Made by a program: the position numbers and the translations under genes. Below are positions 38,536-50,653 of a DNA stretch of 64,000 nucleotides, piece by piece. How positions within the stretch are numbered: the stretch's first letter is position 1; each line of letters begins with the position of its first letter. The DNA is from Gammaproteobacteria bacterium (lineage in GTDB: Bacteria; Pseudomonadota; Gammaproteobacteria; Steroidobacterales; Steroidobacteraceae), in the NCBI GenBank assembly GCA_046091005.1, contig JBJTAV010000151.1, forward strand, positions 520 through 64,519. The letters run 5' to 3'. The notes under the pieces were generated by a model that did not search any database, was not told the DNA's origin, and was given only the letters and a program-made list of their open reading frames with translations.

Positions 38536-39717
38536 TTAAGGTGTGGAGACCGCTGGCGGTACAGGCTTGGCAAGTTCAGCGGCGATCGCGGTCGCTAGGT
38601 CATGCACCGCCATGGCGTAGAGGATGCTGCGGTTGTAGCGAGTGATGACGTGGAAATTCCGCAGTCCGACGCGAACGTTCGCGCGATCGGCGAGTTCGGC
38701 CGGCACGAGGATGACTCGCGTGTCATCGCTGATCGACTCGGGCAAGGAGAAGCCGCGCGCGCGAGCGCCCGCTGCGGTTTCATTGAGTTCGAGGTTACGG
38801 CGATCGAGTGTTGGCATCACTGCTGCCATGGTCTCGTCGCTGGCCTCTGCGGCGAGGATCGCTGATTGCTCGCGTTGCCAGCCGTGTTCGACAAAATAAT
38901 TGGCGACGCTGCCGATCACGTCGTCCCAGTTATCGAACAGATCGCGCCGCGCATCACCCGCTCCATCGAGCGTCCCGTTGACGGCATAGCGTCGGTAGCT
39001 CGAGGGCATGAATTGCGGCGCGCCCATCGCTCCGGCATAGGAGCCGAGTGTGCTCAAGGGATCGAGTTTCTCTTCGCGTACCAGCAACAGGAATTGCTCG
39101 AGTTCGGAGCGGAAAAAACGACTGCGCGGCGGGTAGTTGAAGCCTAGCGTCATGAGCGCATCAAGCACGCGCCACGAGCCTTTGTTTCGACCGTAGTTGG
39201 TTTCGATGCCGATGATGGCAACGATGTACGCAGGCGAGACCCCGGTCTTGGTGTGCGTGGCCTCGAGGCGCGCGCTCTGGCTGCGGGCAAACTCGACTCC
39301 GCGCGCAATGCGCTCCGCGCTCACCAGGCGATTGCTGTATTCAAACCAACGCAACACGCTCTCGGCAGGTCGGGTGATGGCGGCGATGATGCGCGGCTGA
39401 TGCATGCCCTGCGCAAGCAGCGCGCGGATGTCGGCCGCCGGAATGGAATTTTTGGTCGATACCTCGTCGATGAAGGCACGAATGTCTTCGCGCTCGAGAT
39501 CGAATGGCGCCGGGGCCTCAGGCAAAGGTGCCGGGGCGGCGGGTGGTGGCGGCGACGGTGCAGGCGCAGGCACTGGCGCAACCACAGGCGCAACCACAGG
39601 CGCAACGGCCGTCGGGACCGATTTCTTGGGCGGTGAGGCGCAAGCGCCGAGTGCGAGCAAAAGCAGCAGGGCGGGTGCGCAGAGACTGCGGCGGAGCGCA
39701 GCGTTGACGGTAATCAT
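38536..39717 (-). CDS. mltB: Lytic murein transglycosylase B, lipoprotein
   Basis: Lipobox ALGAC, a Pro/Ala-rich linker and the GAMGAPQFMPSS motif. Confidence 0.9.
   Translation of the reverse strand: MITVNAALRRSLCAPALLLLLALGACASPPKKSVPTAVAPVVAPVVAPVPAPAPSPPPPAAPAPLPEAPAPFDLEREDIRAFIDEVSTKNSIPAADIRALLAQGMHQPRIIAAITRPAESVLRWFEYSNRLVSAERIARGVEFARSQSARLEATHTKTGVSPAYIVAIIGIETNYGRNKGSWRVLDALMTLGFNYPPRSRFFRSELEQFLLLVREEKLDPLSTLGSYAGAMGAPQFMPSSYRRYAVNGTLDGAGDARRDLFDNWDDVIGSVANYFVEHGWQREQSAILAAEASDETMAAVMPTLDRRNLELNETAAGARARGFSLPESISDDTRVILVPAELADRANVRVGLRNFHVITRYNRSILYAMAVHDLATAIAAELAKPVPPAVSTP
39576..39607. repeat. About 2.7 x 12-nt in-frame tandem repeat in the mltB linker
   Basis: GCGCAACCACAG at 39576-39587 and 39588-39599, then a partial copy. 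Encodes (VAPV)n. Confidence 0.85.
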
Positions 39718-40847
39718 CAGGCGGCGAGTTTCCGGTTCGCGTACAACGACATCAGCATACCGAAGCCAGCGAGCAGGGTCACCATGGAAGTTCCGCCGTA
39801 ACTCACGAGTGGCAGCGGTACGCCGACCACGGGCAGCAGACCACTCACCATACCCGCGTTGATGAACACATAGACAAAGAAAGTGGCCGCCAGACTGCCC
39901 GAGAGCAAACGCGCGAAGGTGTCGCGCATCTGCGAAGCGAGGAACAAGGCACGCAGCGTGACAAACACATAAAGACCAAGCAGAACGACGGCGCCGACGA
40001 GACCGAGTTCTTCGCCGATCACGGCGAAGACGAAATCAGTGGTTCGCTCGGGAAGAAAATCGAGCTGTCCCTGTGTGCCTTGCAGATAACCCTTGCCGAA
40101 GAGCCCACCCGAACCGATGGCGATGGTCGACTGAATGATGTGATAGCCCGCGCCGAGCGGATCCGCCTGCGGGTCAAGAAAAGTCAGTACGCGCTGCCGC
40201 TGATAATCGTGCAGAAAAAACCAGCCTATTGCGGCGGCGCCGATACCGCCGACGCCGAGCAGCAAGATGTAGCGTATTGCCAGACCGCCGAGCAGCACGA
40301 CAATGAAGCCTGCCGTCAAGATAAGCAGCCCCGTGCCGAGATCGGGCTGCACGATGGTGAGTGCTGTCGGCACCAGGATCACCGCGGCGAGCAGCAGCAG
40401 CGTGCGCGGATCTGGCGGCAGCGGCCGCTCGCGCAGCAGCCAGGCGCAAGCCATGGGCACGGCAATCTTCATGATCTCGGATGGCTGAAAGCGCACGAAG
40501 CCGAGATCCAACCAGCGCTGCGCGCCTTTGCCGATATAACCGATGGCATCGACGATGAGGAGCAGCACGAGTCCGGCGAGATAAAGCCAAGGCGTAATGA
40601 GGCGCAGCACGCCGGGTCGCAGCTGCGCGAGCGCCAGCATCAGCATGGCGCCTATGCCTAGCCGAATGCTGCCGCGCACTACCGACTCCCAATCCCCACC
40701 CGATGAACTGAACAGTATGAATTGCCCGTAAAGCGCGATGGCGGCGAGCCCCGCGAGCAACGGGCCATCAAGGCGCAGTGTCCCCAGCAAGCGCGTCGTG
40801 CCGGTGAGGGTTCGTTGCGTTGCGCTGTCGACGTTTTCACGCAGCAT
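39717..40847 (-). CDS. rodA: Peptidoglycan glycosyltransferase RodA (SEDS family)
   Basis: 376 aa polytopic membrane protein. Position mrdA-rodA, with its stop abutting the mltB start. Confidence 0.93.
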   Translation of the reverse strand: MLRENVDSATQRTLTGTTRLLGTLRLDGPLLAGLAAIALYGQFILFSSSGGDWESVVRGSIRLGIGAMLMLALAQLRPGVLRLITPWLYLAGLVLLLIVDAIGYIGKGAQRWLDLGFVRFQPSEIMKIAVPMACAWLLRERPLPPDPRTLLLLAAVILVPTALTIVQPDLGTGLLILTAGFIVVLLGGLAIRYILLLGVGGIGAAAIGWFFLHDYQRQRVLTFLDPQADPLGAGYHIIQSTIAIGSGGLFGKGYLQGTQGQLDFLPERTTDFVFAVIGEELGLVGAVVLLGLYVFVTLRALFLASQMRDTFARLLSGSLAATFFVYVFINAGMVSGLLPVVGVPLPLVSYGGTSMVTLLAGFGMLMSLYANRKLAA

Positions 40848-40849
40848 GC

Positions 40850-42784
40850 TTACTCCTCGCTCGCGACGGCAGTGGTAGCGACGACAGGCTCGTCAGCGGT
40901 GCGCGGCGGCGGAAATTTGCGTAGCAGATACGCGTCCATGACCTTGCGCGCGATCGGTGCGGCGGTGCCACTGCCGCTACGACCGTTCTCGACGATGACC
41001 GCAAGCGCAATCTTTGGTGCTTCGGCGGGTGCAAAGGCCACGAACCAGGCGTGATCGCGCAAACGCTCGGCGATGGCCGCCTCGTTGTAGCGCGCATTCT
41101 GTGCCACGGTGAAAACCTGGGCCGTACCGGTTTTGCCGGCGATGGTGTAGGGCGCCCCCGCAGCCGATCGACTCGCGGTACCACCTTGCATGACTGCGAG
41201 CATGCCGTCGATCACCCGTTCCCAGTCCTCGGGCTTGCCCGCCTCCGGTTCCGGCAGAGGTCGAGATGCGAGTTCGGTAATTTTTTGGGTCTCAGGATCG
41301 CGCATCGCGCGCACGAGACGCGGCCGATAGTTCTTGCCGCGCGTGGCCAGCACCGCTGTCATGTGCGCCAGTTGCAGCGGCGTGCTCGTCATATAGCCCT
41401 GACCGATGCCAAAGATGACGGTCTCGCCCGGAAACCAAACCTGTTCTGCTCTTTTTTTGAAGACTGCCTTTTTCCATTCGGGTGAAGGCAGGATGCCGGC
41501 TTTCTCGCCACCGATGTCTATGCCGGTCGGTTCGCCGAGCCCGAACTCGGCCAAAAAGTCATGCAGACGACGAACGCCGATCTTGTTCGAAACATCGTAA
41601 AAATAAGTGTCGCAGGATTGCGCGATCGCCGTGCGCAGGTCGATGGCGCCATGTCCTCGCGGTCGCCAGTCACGGAAGCGATGGCGACTCCCGGGCAAAG
41701 AAAACCAGCCCGCGCAGTAATGCGGTTCGGTCGGTTGCACGACACCGAAGGTGAGCCCGGCGAGGGCGACCACGGGCTTGATCGTGGAGCCCGGTGGATA
41801 AGTCCCGCGCAGCGCGCGATTGAACAGCGGCTGATCCGGGTTTTCATTGAGCGCGCGGAACTCGGGGCGGGTCAGGCCGCGAGCGAACATATTGGGGTCG
41901 AAGCCTGGTCGACTGACGAGCGCGATGATGTCGCCGTTGTTCGGATCGAGGGCGACGATGGCTGCGCGCTGATCGCGCACGGCATCTTCGGCAACACGTT
42001 GCACCTCGAGATCGAGCGTGAGCAGCAGATCGGTGCCCGGGTCGCCGGGTATCGCCTGCAGTTGCGCTTCGAGTCCGCCCGCTTTGTCGACCGAGCGGCC
42101 GCGAGCGTTGACCATGATTTCGCGTCGACCGTTGCGGCCGCGTAGCTGCTCTTCGAAGGCCGCCTCGACGCCCACCTTGCCGATGGTGGAGGTACCCGCG
42201 TACTGCTCGCGATCGATACGTGCGAGATCGCTCTCGGAGATGGTGCCGACGTAGCCGAGCGCATGCACCGCGACCTCACCCTGCGGATAGCTGCGCGCAA
42301 GGCGAGTGCGGATATCCACGCCCGGAAAATCGAAACGATTGACCGCGAAGCGCGCCATATCCTCGTCGTTCAAGAAGAGTCGGATCGGCACGCTGTCGAA
42401 GGGTCTGCGCGAGCGAACGATGCGACGCAGATCATCGATATCGTCGGCATCGATCAGTCCGACGCGGGCGAGGCCCTGCAAAGTGGCCCTGAGGTCCGGT
42501 ACCTCCTCCGGGACGAGTTCGAGCTGATAGGCCGGTTTGTTCTCGGCGAGGATTGCGCCGTTACGATCGTAAATGATGCCGCGCGGCGCGGGCTGCGGCT
42601 CGATACGCACGCGGTTGCCCTGTGCCAGATCGGTGTAGTCGTCGTATCGCAGCACCTGCAACCAGACCAGTCGGCCAAGCAGCACCAGCGTCAGGGCTGC
42701 GACGATGAACACCGCCGCGACGGCGCGCTGTTCGAACAATCTTTGTTCGACCCAGAAATCTTTGATGCGTCCGCGGATACCCAT
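40850..42784 (-). CDS. mrdA: Penicillin-binding protein 2 (elongasome transpeptidase)
   Basis: Motifs STIKP (SxxK), SCDTYF (SxD/N) and KTGTAQ (KTG). Confidence 0.95.
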   Translation of the reverse strand: MGIRGRIKDFWVEQRLFEQRAVAAVFIVAALTLVLLGRLVWLQVLRYDDYTDLAQGNRVRIEPQPAPRGIIYDRNGAILAENKPAYQLELVPEEVPDLRATLQGLARVGLIDADDIDDLRRIVRSRRPFDSVPIRLFLNDEDMARFAVNRFDFPGVDIRTRLARSYPQGEVAVHALGYVGTISESDLARIDREQYAGTSTIGKVGVEAAFEEQLRGRNGRREIMVNARGRSVDKAGGLEAQLQAIPGDPGTDLLLTLDLEVQRVAEDAVRDQRAAIVALDPNNGDIIALVSRPGFDPNMFARGLTRPEFRALNENPDQPLFNRALRGTYPPGSTIKPVVALAGLTFGVVQPTEPHYCAGWFSLPGSRHRFRDWRPRGHGAIDLRTAIAQSCDTYFYDVSNKIGVRRLHDFLAEFGLGEPTGIDIGGEKAGILPSPEWKKAVFKKRAEQVWFPGETVIFGIGQGYMTSTPLQLAHMTAVLATRGKNYRPRLVRAMRDPETQKITELASRPLPEPEAGKPEDWERVIDGMLAVMQGGTASRSAAGAPYTIAGKTGTAQVFTVAQNARYNEAAIAERLRDHAWFVAFAPAEAPKIALAVIVENGRSGSGTAAPIARKVMDAYLLRKFPPPRTADEPVVATTAVASEE

Positions 42785-42809
42785 CGCCGTGTCGATCTTG
42801 CGTCGGCGC

Positions 42810-43282
42810 TCAGCGGCGCGCGCGATTTTCGCTCGCCTGCCAGGCGGCAGTCAGCGGCCAGAGCAGCACGCCGACCAGAATGGGCAGCCAGCGCATCCAG
42901 CCGCCGGAGGCATTGCCGGTCCAGCCGTCGATCGCCCAGCTGACCGCTTCGCTCGCGAACAACAGCGCTGCAGCGAAAACGGATTGCTCGAACAGCGGCT
43001 TGTTGCGGACCAGCAAGTGCTGGCGAACCGCAATATAGGCGACCAGCGAGAGCGCGAGCGCGTGCTGACCGAAGACTGCACCTCGATAGACATCGAGTGC
43101 GAGACCGGTGACGAAACCGAGGGTGATTCCGCCCACACGCGGCGCAATCAACGACCAAAAAATCACGGCGATGACCGCGAGTGGCGGCCGGATCGCGGCG
43201 AGCCAGAACGGCAGCGGCAGCACTTGCAGCACAAACGCTGCGAGTGTCGTCAGCACCAAGCGACTGCGAACGGTACTGGCGA

Positions 43283-43286
<4 letters not shown>
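42810..43286 (-). CDS. mreD: Rod shape-determining protein MreD
   Basis: ORF trimmed to the ATG at 43286, overlapping the mreC stop by 4 nt. 158 aa, very hydrophobic. Confidence 0.85.
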
Positions 43287-45644
<2,358 letters not shown>

Positions 45645-45648
<4 letters not shown>

Positions 45649-47105
45649 GCGCCCCCGCAGCGACCGTAGCCGCGCTCGCCAAGGGTCTCGCCGCCGGCGA
45701 GTACTCCAGCGTCGAGCTGACCCGCGCCTATCTCGAACGCATTGCGGTCGCGCAGCCCGCGCTCAACGCCTTCGTCACCATCACGGGCGAATGCGCCCTG
45801 GCCGCCGCCGCGGCGGCTGATGTAGCGCGCGCCAAGGGTCAGGCGGGCCGACTGCTCGGCGTGCCCATCGCCCACAAAGACATCTTCTGCACCGAGGGCG
45901 TGCTCACCACCTGCGGCTCGAAGATGCTGGCGAATTTCGTCTCGCCCTACGACGCCACGGTGGTCGCGGGCCTGCGCAGCGCCGGCACGGTAATGCTCGG
46001 CAAGCTCAACATGGACGAGTTCGCCATGGGCTCGTCGAACGAGACCAGTTTCTTTGGTCCGGTGCGTAACCCTTGGGACACCAAGATGGTCCCCGGCGGC
46101 TCGTCGGGTGGATCGGCCGCCGCAGTCGCCGCACGCCTCGTGCCGGCGGCCACCGCCACCGACACTGGCGGTTCCATCCGTCAACCCGCCGCGCTCTGCG
46201 GGGTCACGGGCATCAAGCCCACCTACGGGCGCTGCAGCCGCTACGGCATGATCGCCTTCGCCTCGAGCCTCGATCAGGCGGGTCTCATCACGGTCAGTGC
46301 CGAAGATGCGGCGCTGCTGCTCGGGCCGATGTCAGGCTTTGATCCGCGCGATTCAACCAGCGTCGAGCGCGCCGTGCCCGACTACACGACCACCCTCGGC
46401 GATTCGCTCGAGGGGCTCACCATCGGGCTCGTCAAAGAATTCTTCGACAAGGGGCTCGACGCCACCAACGAACAGCGCATTCGCGATGCCATCGCCGTGT
46501 TCGAAAAACTCGGCGCCCGCGTGCGTGAGGTGAGTTGCCCGAATTTGCCCTTGTCTGTGCCCACCTATTACGTGGTGGCGCCCGCCGAGTGTTCATCGAA
46601 CCTCGCGCGCTTTGATGGCGTGCGCTTTGGTCATCGCTGCGAGTCGCCAAAGAATCTGCTCGATCTCTACTGCCGTTCGCGCGGCGAGGGCTTCGGTGCC
46701 GAGGTGAAGCGGCGCATCATGACCGGCACCTATGTGCTGTCGGCCGGCTATTACGATGCCTATTACCTCAAGGCGCAGCGCGTGCGGCAGCTGATCAGCG
46801 CCGATTTCGCCCAGGCCTTCCAGAGCTGCGATCTGCTCTTTGGCCCGACATCGCCGACGCCGGCCTTTCCGATCGGCGCCAAGTTCGACGATCCCATCAC
46901 CATGTACCTCAACGACATCTACACCATTGGCGCCAATCTGGCGGGCCTGCCCGGAATGTCCATTCCCTGTGGGTTCGTCGACGGTTTGCCGGTGGGACTG
47001 CAGATCGTCGGGCCGCATTTTTCCGAGGCGCGCATGCTCAACGCCGCGCATCGTTACCAGCAGGAAACCGACTGGCATCTTCGCGTGCCGGCGGCGTTCG
47101 CCTGA
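45645..47105 (+). CDS. gatA: Asp-tRNA(Asn)/Glu-tRNA(Gln) amidotransferase subunit A
   Basis: ATGA overlap with gatC. Amidase signature [12 protein letters not shown]. Confidence 0.95.
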
Positions 47106-47114
47106 GGATTCGCC

Positions 47115-48551
47115 ATGGAATGGGAAACCGTCATCGGTCTCGAAATCCACGCCCAGCTCGCCACCCGCTCAAAGATTTTTTCGGGCTCGGCGACCGCATA
47201 TGGTGCCGAGCCCAATACGCAGGCGAATCTGGTCGACCTCGGCTATCCCGGGGTGTTGCCGGTGCTCAATGGCGAGGCGGTGCGCATGGCGGTGCGTTTT
47301 GGACTCGCGATCGGCGCGCGCATTGCGCCGCACTCGGTGTTTGCGCGCAAAAATTATTTCTACCCCGATCTGCCAAAGGGCTATCAAATAAGTCAGTACG
47401 AATTGCCGATCGTCGCCGAGGGCGCGCTCGATGTCGTACTCGATGACGGCACGCGCAAGCGCATCGGTATCACCCGGGCGCATCTCGAAGAAGACGCCGG
47501 CAAGTCGCTGCACGAGGGATTGCCCGGCGTCAGTGGTATCGACCTCAACCGTGCGGGCACGCCACTCATCGAAATCGTCAGCGAACCCGACCTGCGCTCG
47601 GCCAAAGAAGCCATCGCCTACATGAAGAAAGTGCACACGCTGGTGCGCTATCTCGAAATCTGTGACGGCAACATGCAGGAAGGCTCGTTCCGCTGCGACG
47701 CCAACGTGTCGGTGCGCCGCAAGGGCGCCGAGAAATTCGGCACTCGCGCCGAGATCAAAAATCTGAACTCGTTCCGCTTCGTCGAAAAAGCGATCAACTA
47801 CGAAGTCGAGCGGCAAATCGAGATCATCGAGAGCGGCGGCAAAGTGGTACAGGAAACCCGTCTTTACGACCCGGACAAGGGCGAGACGCGCTCGATGCGC
47901 TCCAAAGAAGAAGCCAACGATTACCGCTATTTCCCCGACCCCGACCTGCTCCCGGTGGTGCTCGATGACAGCTTCATCGCCGGCGTCAAGGCCGCGCTGC
48001 CCGAGCTGCCCGACGAAAAAGCCGCGCGTTTCGTACGCGATTACGGACTCTCCGAATACGACGCCGGCGTGCTGACGGCCAGTCGCGAACTCGGGGCCTT
48101 TTATGAAGAGGTGGTGCGCCGCGTCGGCAGCGAGCCCAAGCTTTGCGCCAACTGGGTCATGGGTGATCTTGCTGCCTTCCTCAACAAAGACAACCTCGAG
48201 ATCAATGAATCGAAGGTTGATGCGGCGGCGCTCGCGGGCCTTGTAGTACGTATCGTCGACTCGACCATCTCCGGCAAGATCGCCAAAGATGTCTTCGAGG
48301 CGATGTGGGTCTCGGGTGCGGGTGCCGATGCGATCATCGAACAACAGGGTTTGCGGCAGATCACCGATACCGGCGCCATCGAGCAGGCCATCGAAGAAGT
48401 CGTGGCAAAAAATCCGGGTCAGCTTGCCGACTATCGGTCCGGCATAGACAAGATGTTCTGATTTTTCGTTGGTCAGGTGATGAAGGCGACCGGCGGCAAG
48501 GCGAATCGCGCGCAGCTCAACGAGCTGCTCAAGAAAAAACTGGCCGGCTGA
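47115..48551 (+). CDS. gatB: Asp-tRNA(Asn)/Glu-tRNA(Gln) amidotransferase subunit B, interrupted by an in-frame TGA at 48459-48461
   Basis: The track ORF ends at 48461 (...RSGIDKMF*). The same frame continues [29 protein letters not shown] to 48551, which is the conserved GatB YqeY-like tail. The combined length of about 478 codons matches canonical GatB. Confidence 0.85.
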
Positions 48552-48576
48552 TCGCCGCCACAAGGACGCGGAAAAC

Positions 48577-49527
48577 ATGCAGCAGCCTGCAGCGGGACGC
48601 GCCCGCATCGACATCGTGCAGCGCTTCGCCGTCGAACAGCAGTCGGTGCGCGGTCAGTTCGTGCGCCTGGGGCCCGCATGGCTTGCGCTGCGCGAGCATG
48701 GTGATTACCCCGAGCCGGTGCGGCGCATGCTCGGCGAGGCGGTCACTGCCGCCGTGCTGCTGGCCTCGACGCTCAAGTTCCAAGGCGAACTCACGCTGCA
48801 ATTGCAGGGCGATGGCGCCGTGCGCTTGCTGGTCGCGCAGTGCACCAACGATTTTCGCATTCGCGCCGTCGCGCGCTTCGATCGCGAGCGAGTCGAGGCG
48901 AGCCTGCGCGATACTGCTGCGCTTGCCGACCCGTTTGCCGTGCTCGCGGGTGCTGGCACCCTGGTGGTCACTGTCGAAGCTGACCGGCTCGCTTCGCGGT
49001 ACCAGGGTGTCGTGCCGATCAGCGGTGGCTCGCTCGCAGCCTCACTCGAGCATTACTTTGAAACCTCCGAGCAGTTGCCGACGGCGGTCGTGCTCGGCGC
49101 TGACGACTTCGGTACGGCGGGGCTCTTGGTACAACGCATGCCGGATCATGGCGGCATCGTGACCGCATCCGTGGATACCGCCAATCAGACTTTTGCTGCC
49201 GCGCGCGCGGCGATCGGCGGCGTGCAGCGCGATGAGTTGCTGGCCCGTCCGCCCGAAGATTTGATGCGGCGCGCGTTCAACGGACTCGATTTGCGCGTGC
49301 ACGATTCGCATCCGGTCGGCTTTCGCTGTCGCTGCAGTCGCGAGCGAGTTTCGGGGATGCTGCGTTCGCTCGGCCTCGAGGAAGTCCGCTCCATCATCGC
49401 CGAGCAGCAGTCGGTCACGGTGACCTGCGAGTTTTGTCATCGACCCTGGCGCTTCGACCCGGTCGATGCGCTGCGGCTTTTTGGTGCCGCGGTCGATCAG
49501 GTGCCGGGCTCGACCACGCTCAACTGA
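48577..49527 (+). CDS. hslO: Redox-regulated chaperone Hsp33
   Basis: C-terminal zinc centre CRCSRERV...CEFCHRPW. Confidence 0.9.
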   Translation: MQQPAAGRARIDIVQRFAVEQQSVRGQFVRLGPAWLALREHGDYPEPVRRMLGEAVTAAVLLASTLKFQGELTLQLQGDGAVRLLVAQCTNDFRIRAVARFDRERVEASLRDTAALADPFAVLAGAGTLVVTVEADRLASRYQGVVPISGGSLAASLEHYFETSEQLPTAVVLGADDFGTAGLLVQRMPDHGGIVTASVDTANQTFAAARAAIGGVQRDELLARPPEDLMRRAFNGLDLRVHDSHPVGFRCRCSRERVSGMLRSLGLEEVRSIIAEQQSVTVTCEFCHRPWRFDPVDALRLFGAAVDQVPGSTTLN

Positions 49528-49537
49528 CGGCGTCGCG

Positions 49538-50653
49538 TCAGCCTCGGTGTTCGCTCGCAAGGTACTCCTCGCTCTGCATCTCGATGAGGCGACTTGCCGT
49601 GCGCTCGAATTCGAAGCGCAAGCGCTCGCCCTGATAGAGCTGCGTCGGCGCAGCGGCTGCCGAGATCACGAGATTCACGCGGCGATCATAGAATTCGTCG
49701 ACCACGGCGATGAAGCGTCGCGCGGCATCTTCGCTCGCCGCGGTGAAGACGGGTACGTTCGAGAGCAGCACGGTCTGGAACTCGCGGGCGATGCTGACAT
49801 AGTCGTTTTGGCTGCGCGGCCCCTCGCAGAGCGCGCGAAAGTCGAACCACACCACGTTGTCGCAGACCCGTAGTACTTCGATCTTGCGACCCTCGACATC
49901 GATGCTGCCGCCCGTCGTGCCGAGCCCGTCGGCAAGATCCTCGAACATCTCGGTCAAGGCGTTGCTGGTCCGCTCCGAGTCGCTTTGCAGATAAATCGGC
50001 ATGCGCGTGAGTTGGCGCAACCGATAATCGGTGCTGCCATCGACACTGACGAGTGCACAGTGACGTTCCAACAAGGCAATCGCCGGCAAAAAGCGCTGCC
50101 GCTGCAAGCCATTGCGATAGAGCCCCGCGGGCGGCACGTTGGACGTGAATACCAGCGTCACGCCGCGATCGACGAGATGAGCGAACAGCCCGCCGAGCAG
50201 CATGGCGTCGGCAATGTCACTGACGAAAAGCTCATCGAGGCAAAGCACTCGGGTATCGCGGGCGATATCCGTGGCGACGGCGATCAGCGGGTCGACCTCA
50301 TCGCGATGATGGCGCAGTCCCTCGTGCACGCTTTGCATGAAGCGATGGAAATGACTGCGGCGTTTGCGGGGGAACGGCAGACTCTCGAAGAATAAATCCA
50401 TCAGCCAGGTTTTACCGCGACCGACGCTACCCCAAAGATAAACGCCACGCACGGCGCCAGCATGATCTTCTGGCGCAGAAAAGCGCCGTCGCAAGCGCGT
50501 GAGTAGCGAGATTTTTTTGGTCGCGATGAGCTCCCTGCGCAGGCGCTCGAGCTCGTCGATGGCGACGCGCTGCGCGGGGTCGGCGCTGAAGCCGCTGCTG
50601 GCAAGCGCCGAGGCGTAGCGATAGGCGAGCGCGCTCGGCTGCCCTGCGCTCAA
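49538..50653 (-). CDS. zapE: AFG1-like ATPase ZapE
   Basis: Walker A GSVGRGKTWLMD and Walker B LCLDELFV. TTG start overlapping the upstream stop. Confidence 0.85.
   Translation of the reverse strand: MSAGQPSALAYRYASALASSGFSADPAQRVAIDELERLRRELIATKKISLLTRLRRRFSAPEDHAGAVRGVYLWGSVGRGKTWLMDLFFESLPFPRKRRSHFHRFMQSVHEGLRHHRDEVDPLIAVATDIARDTRVLCLDELFVSDIADAMLLGGLFAHLVDRGVTLVFTSNVPPAGLYRNGLQRQRFLPAIALLERHCALVSVDGSTDYRLRQLTRMPIYLQSDSERTSNALTEMFEDLADGLGTTGGSIDVEGRKIEVLRVCDNVVWFDFRALCEGPRSQNDYVSIAREFQTVLLSNVPVFTAASEDAARRFIAVVDEFYDRRVNLVISAAAAPTQLYQGERLRFEFERTASRLIEMQSEEYLASEHRG

Noticed and set aside
37877-39607. Short tandem repeats considered as a possible CRISPR or other array
   Set aside because: The units are 12-18 nt, contiguous with no spacers, in frame and inside coding low-complexity linkers. 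No cas genes are present.
48459-48461. The gatB TGA read as selenocysteine, or as evidence for a TGA-reassigned genetic code
   Set aside because: I could not fold a convincing SECIS-like hairpin immediately downstream. TGA plainly terminates many genes here, including numerous ATGA-coupled junctions. GatB is not a known selenoprotein.
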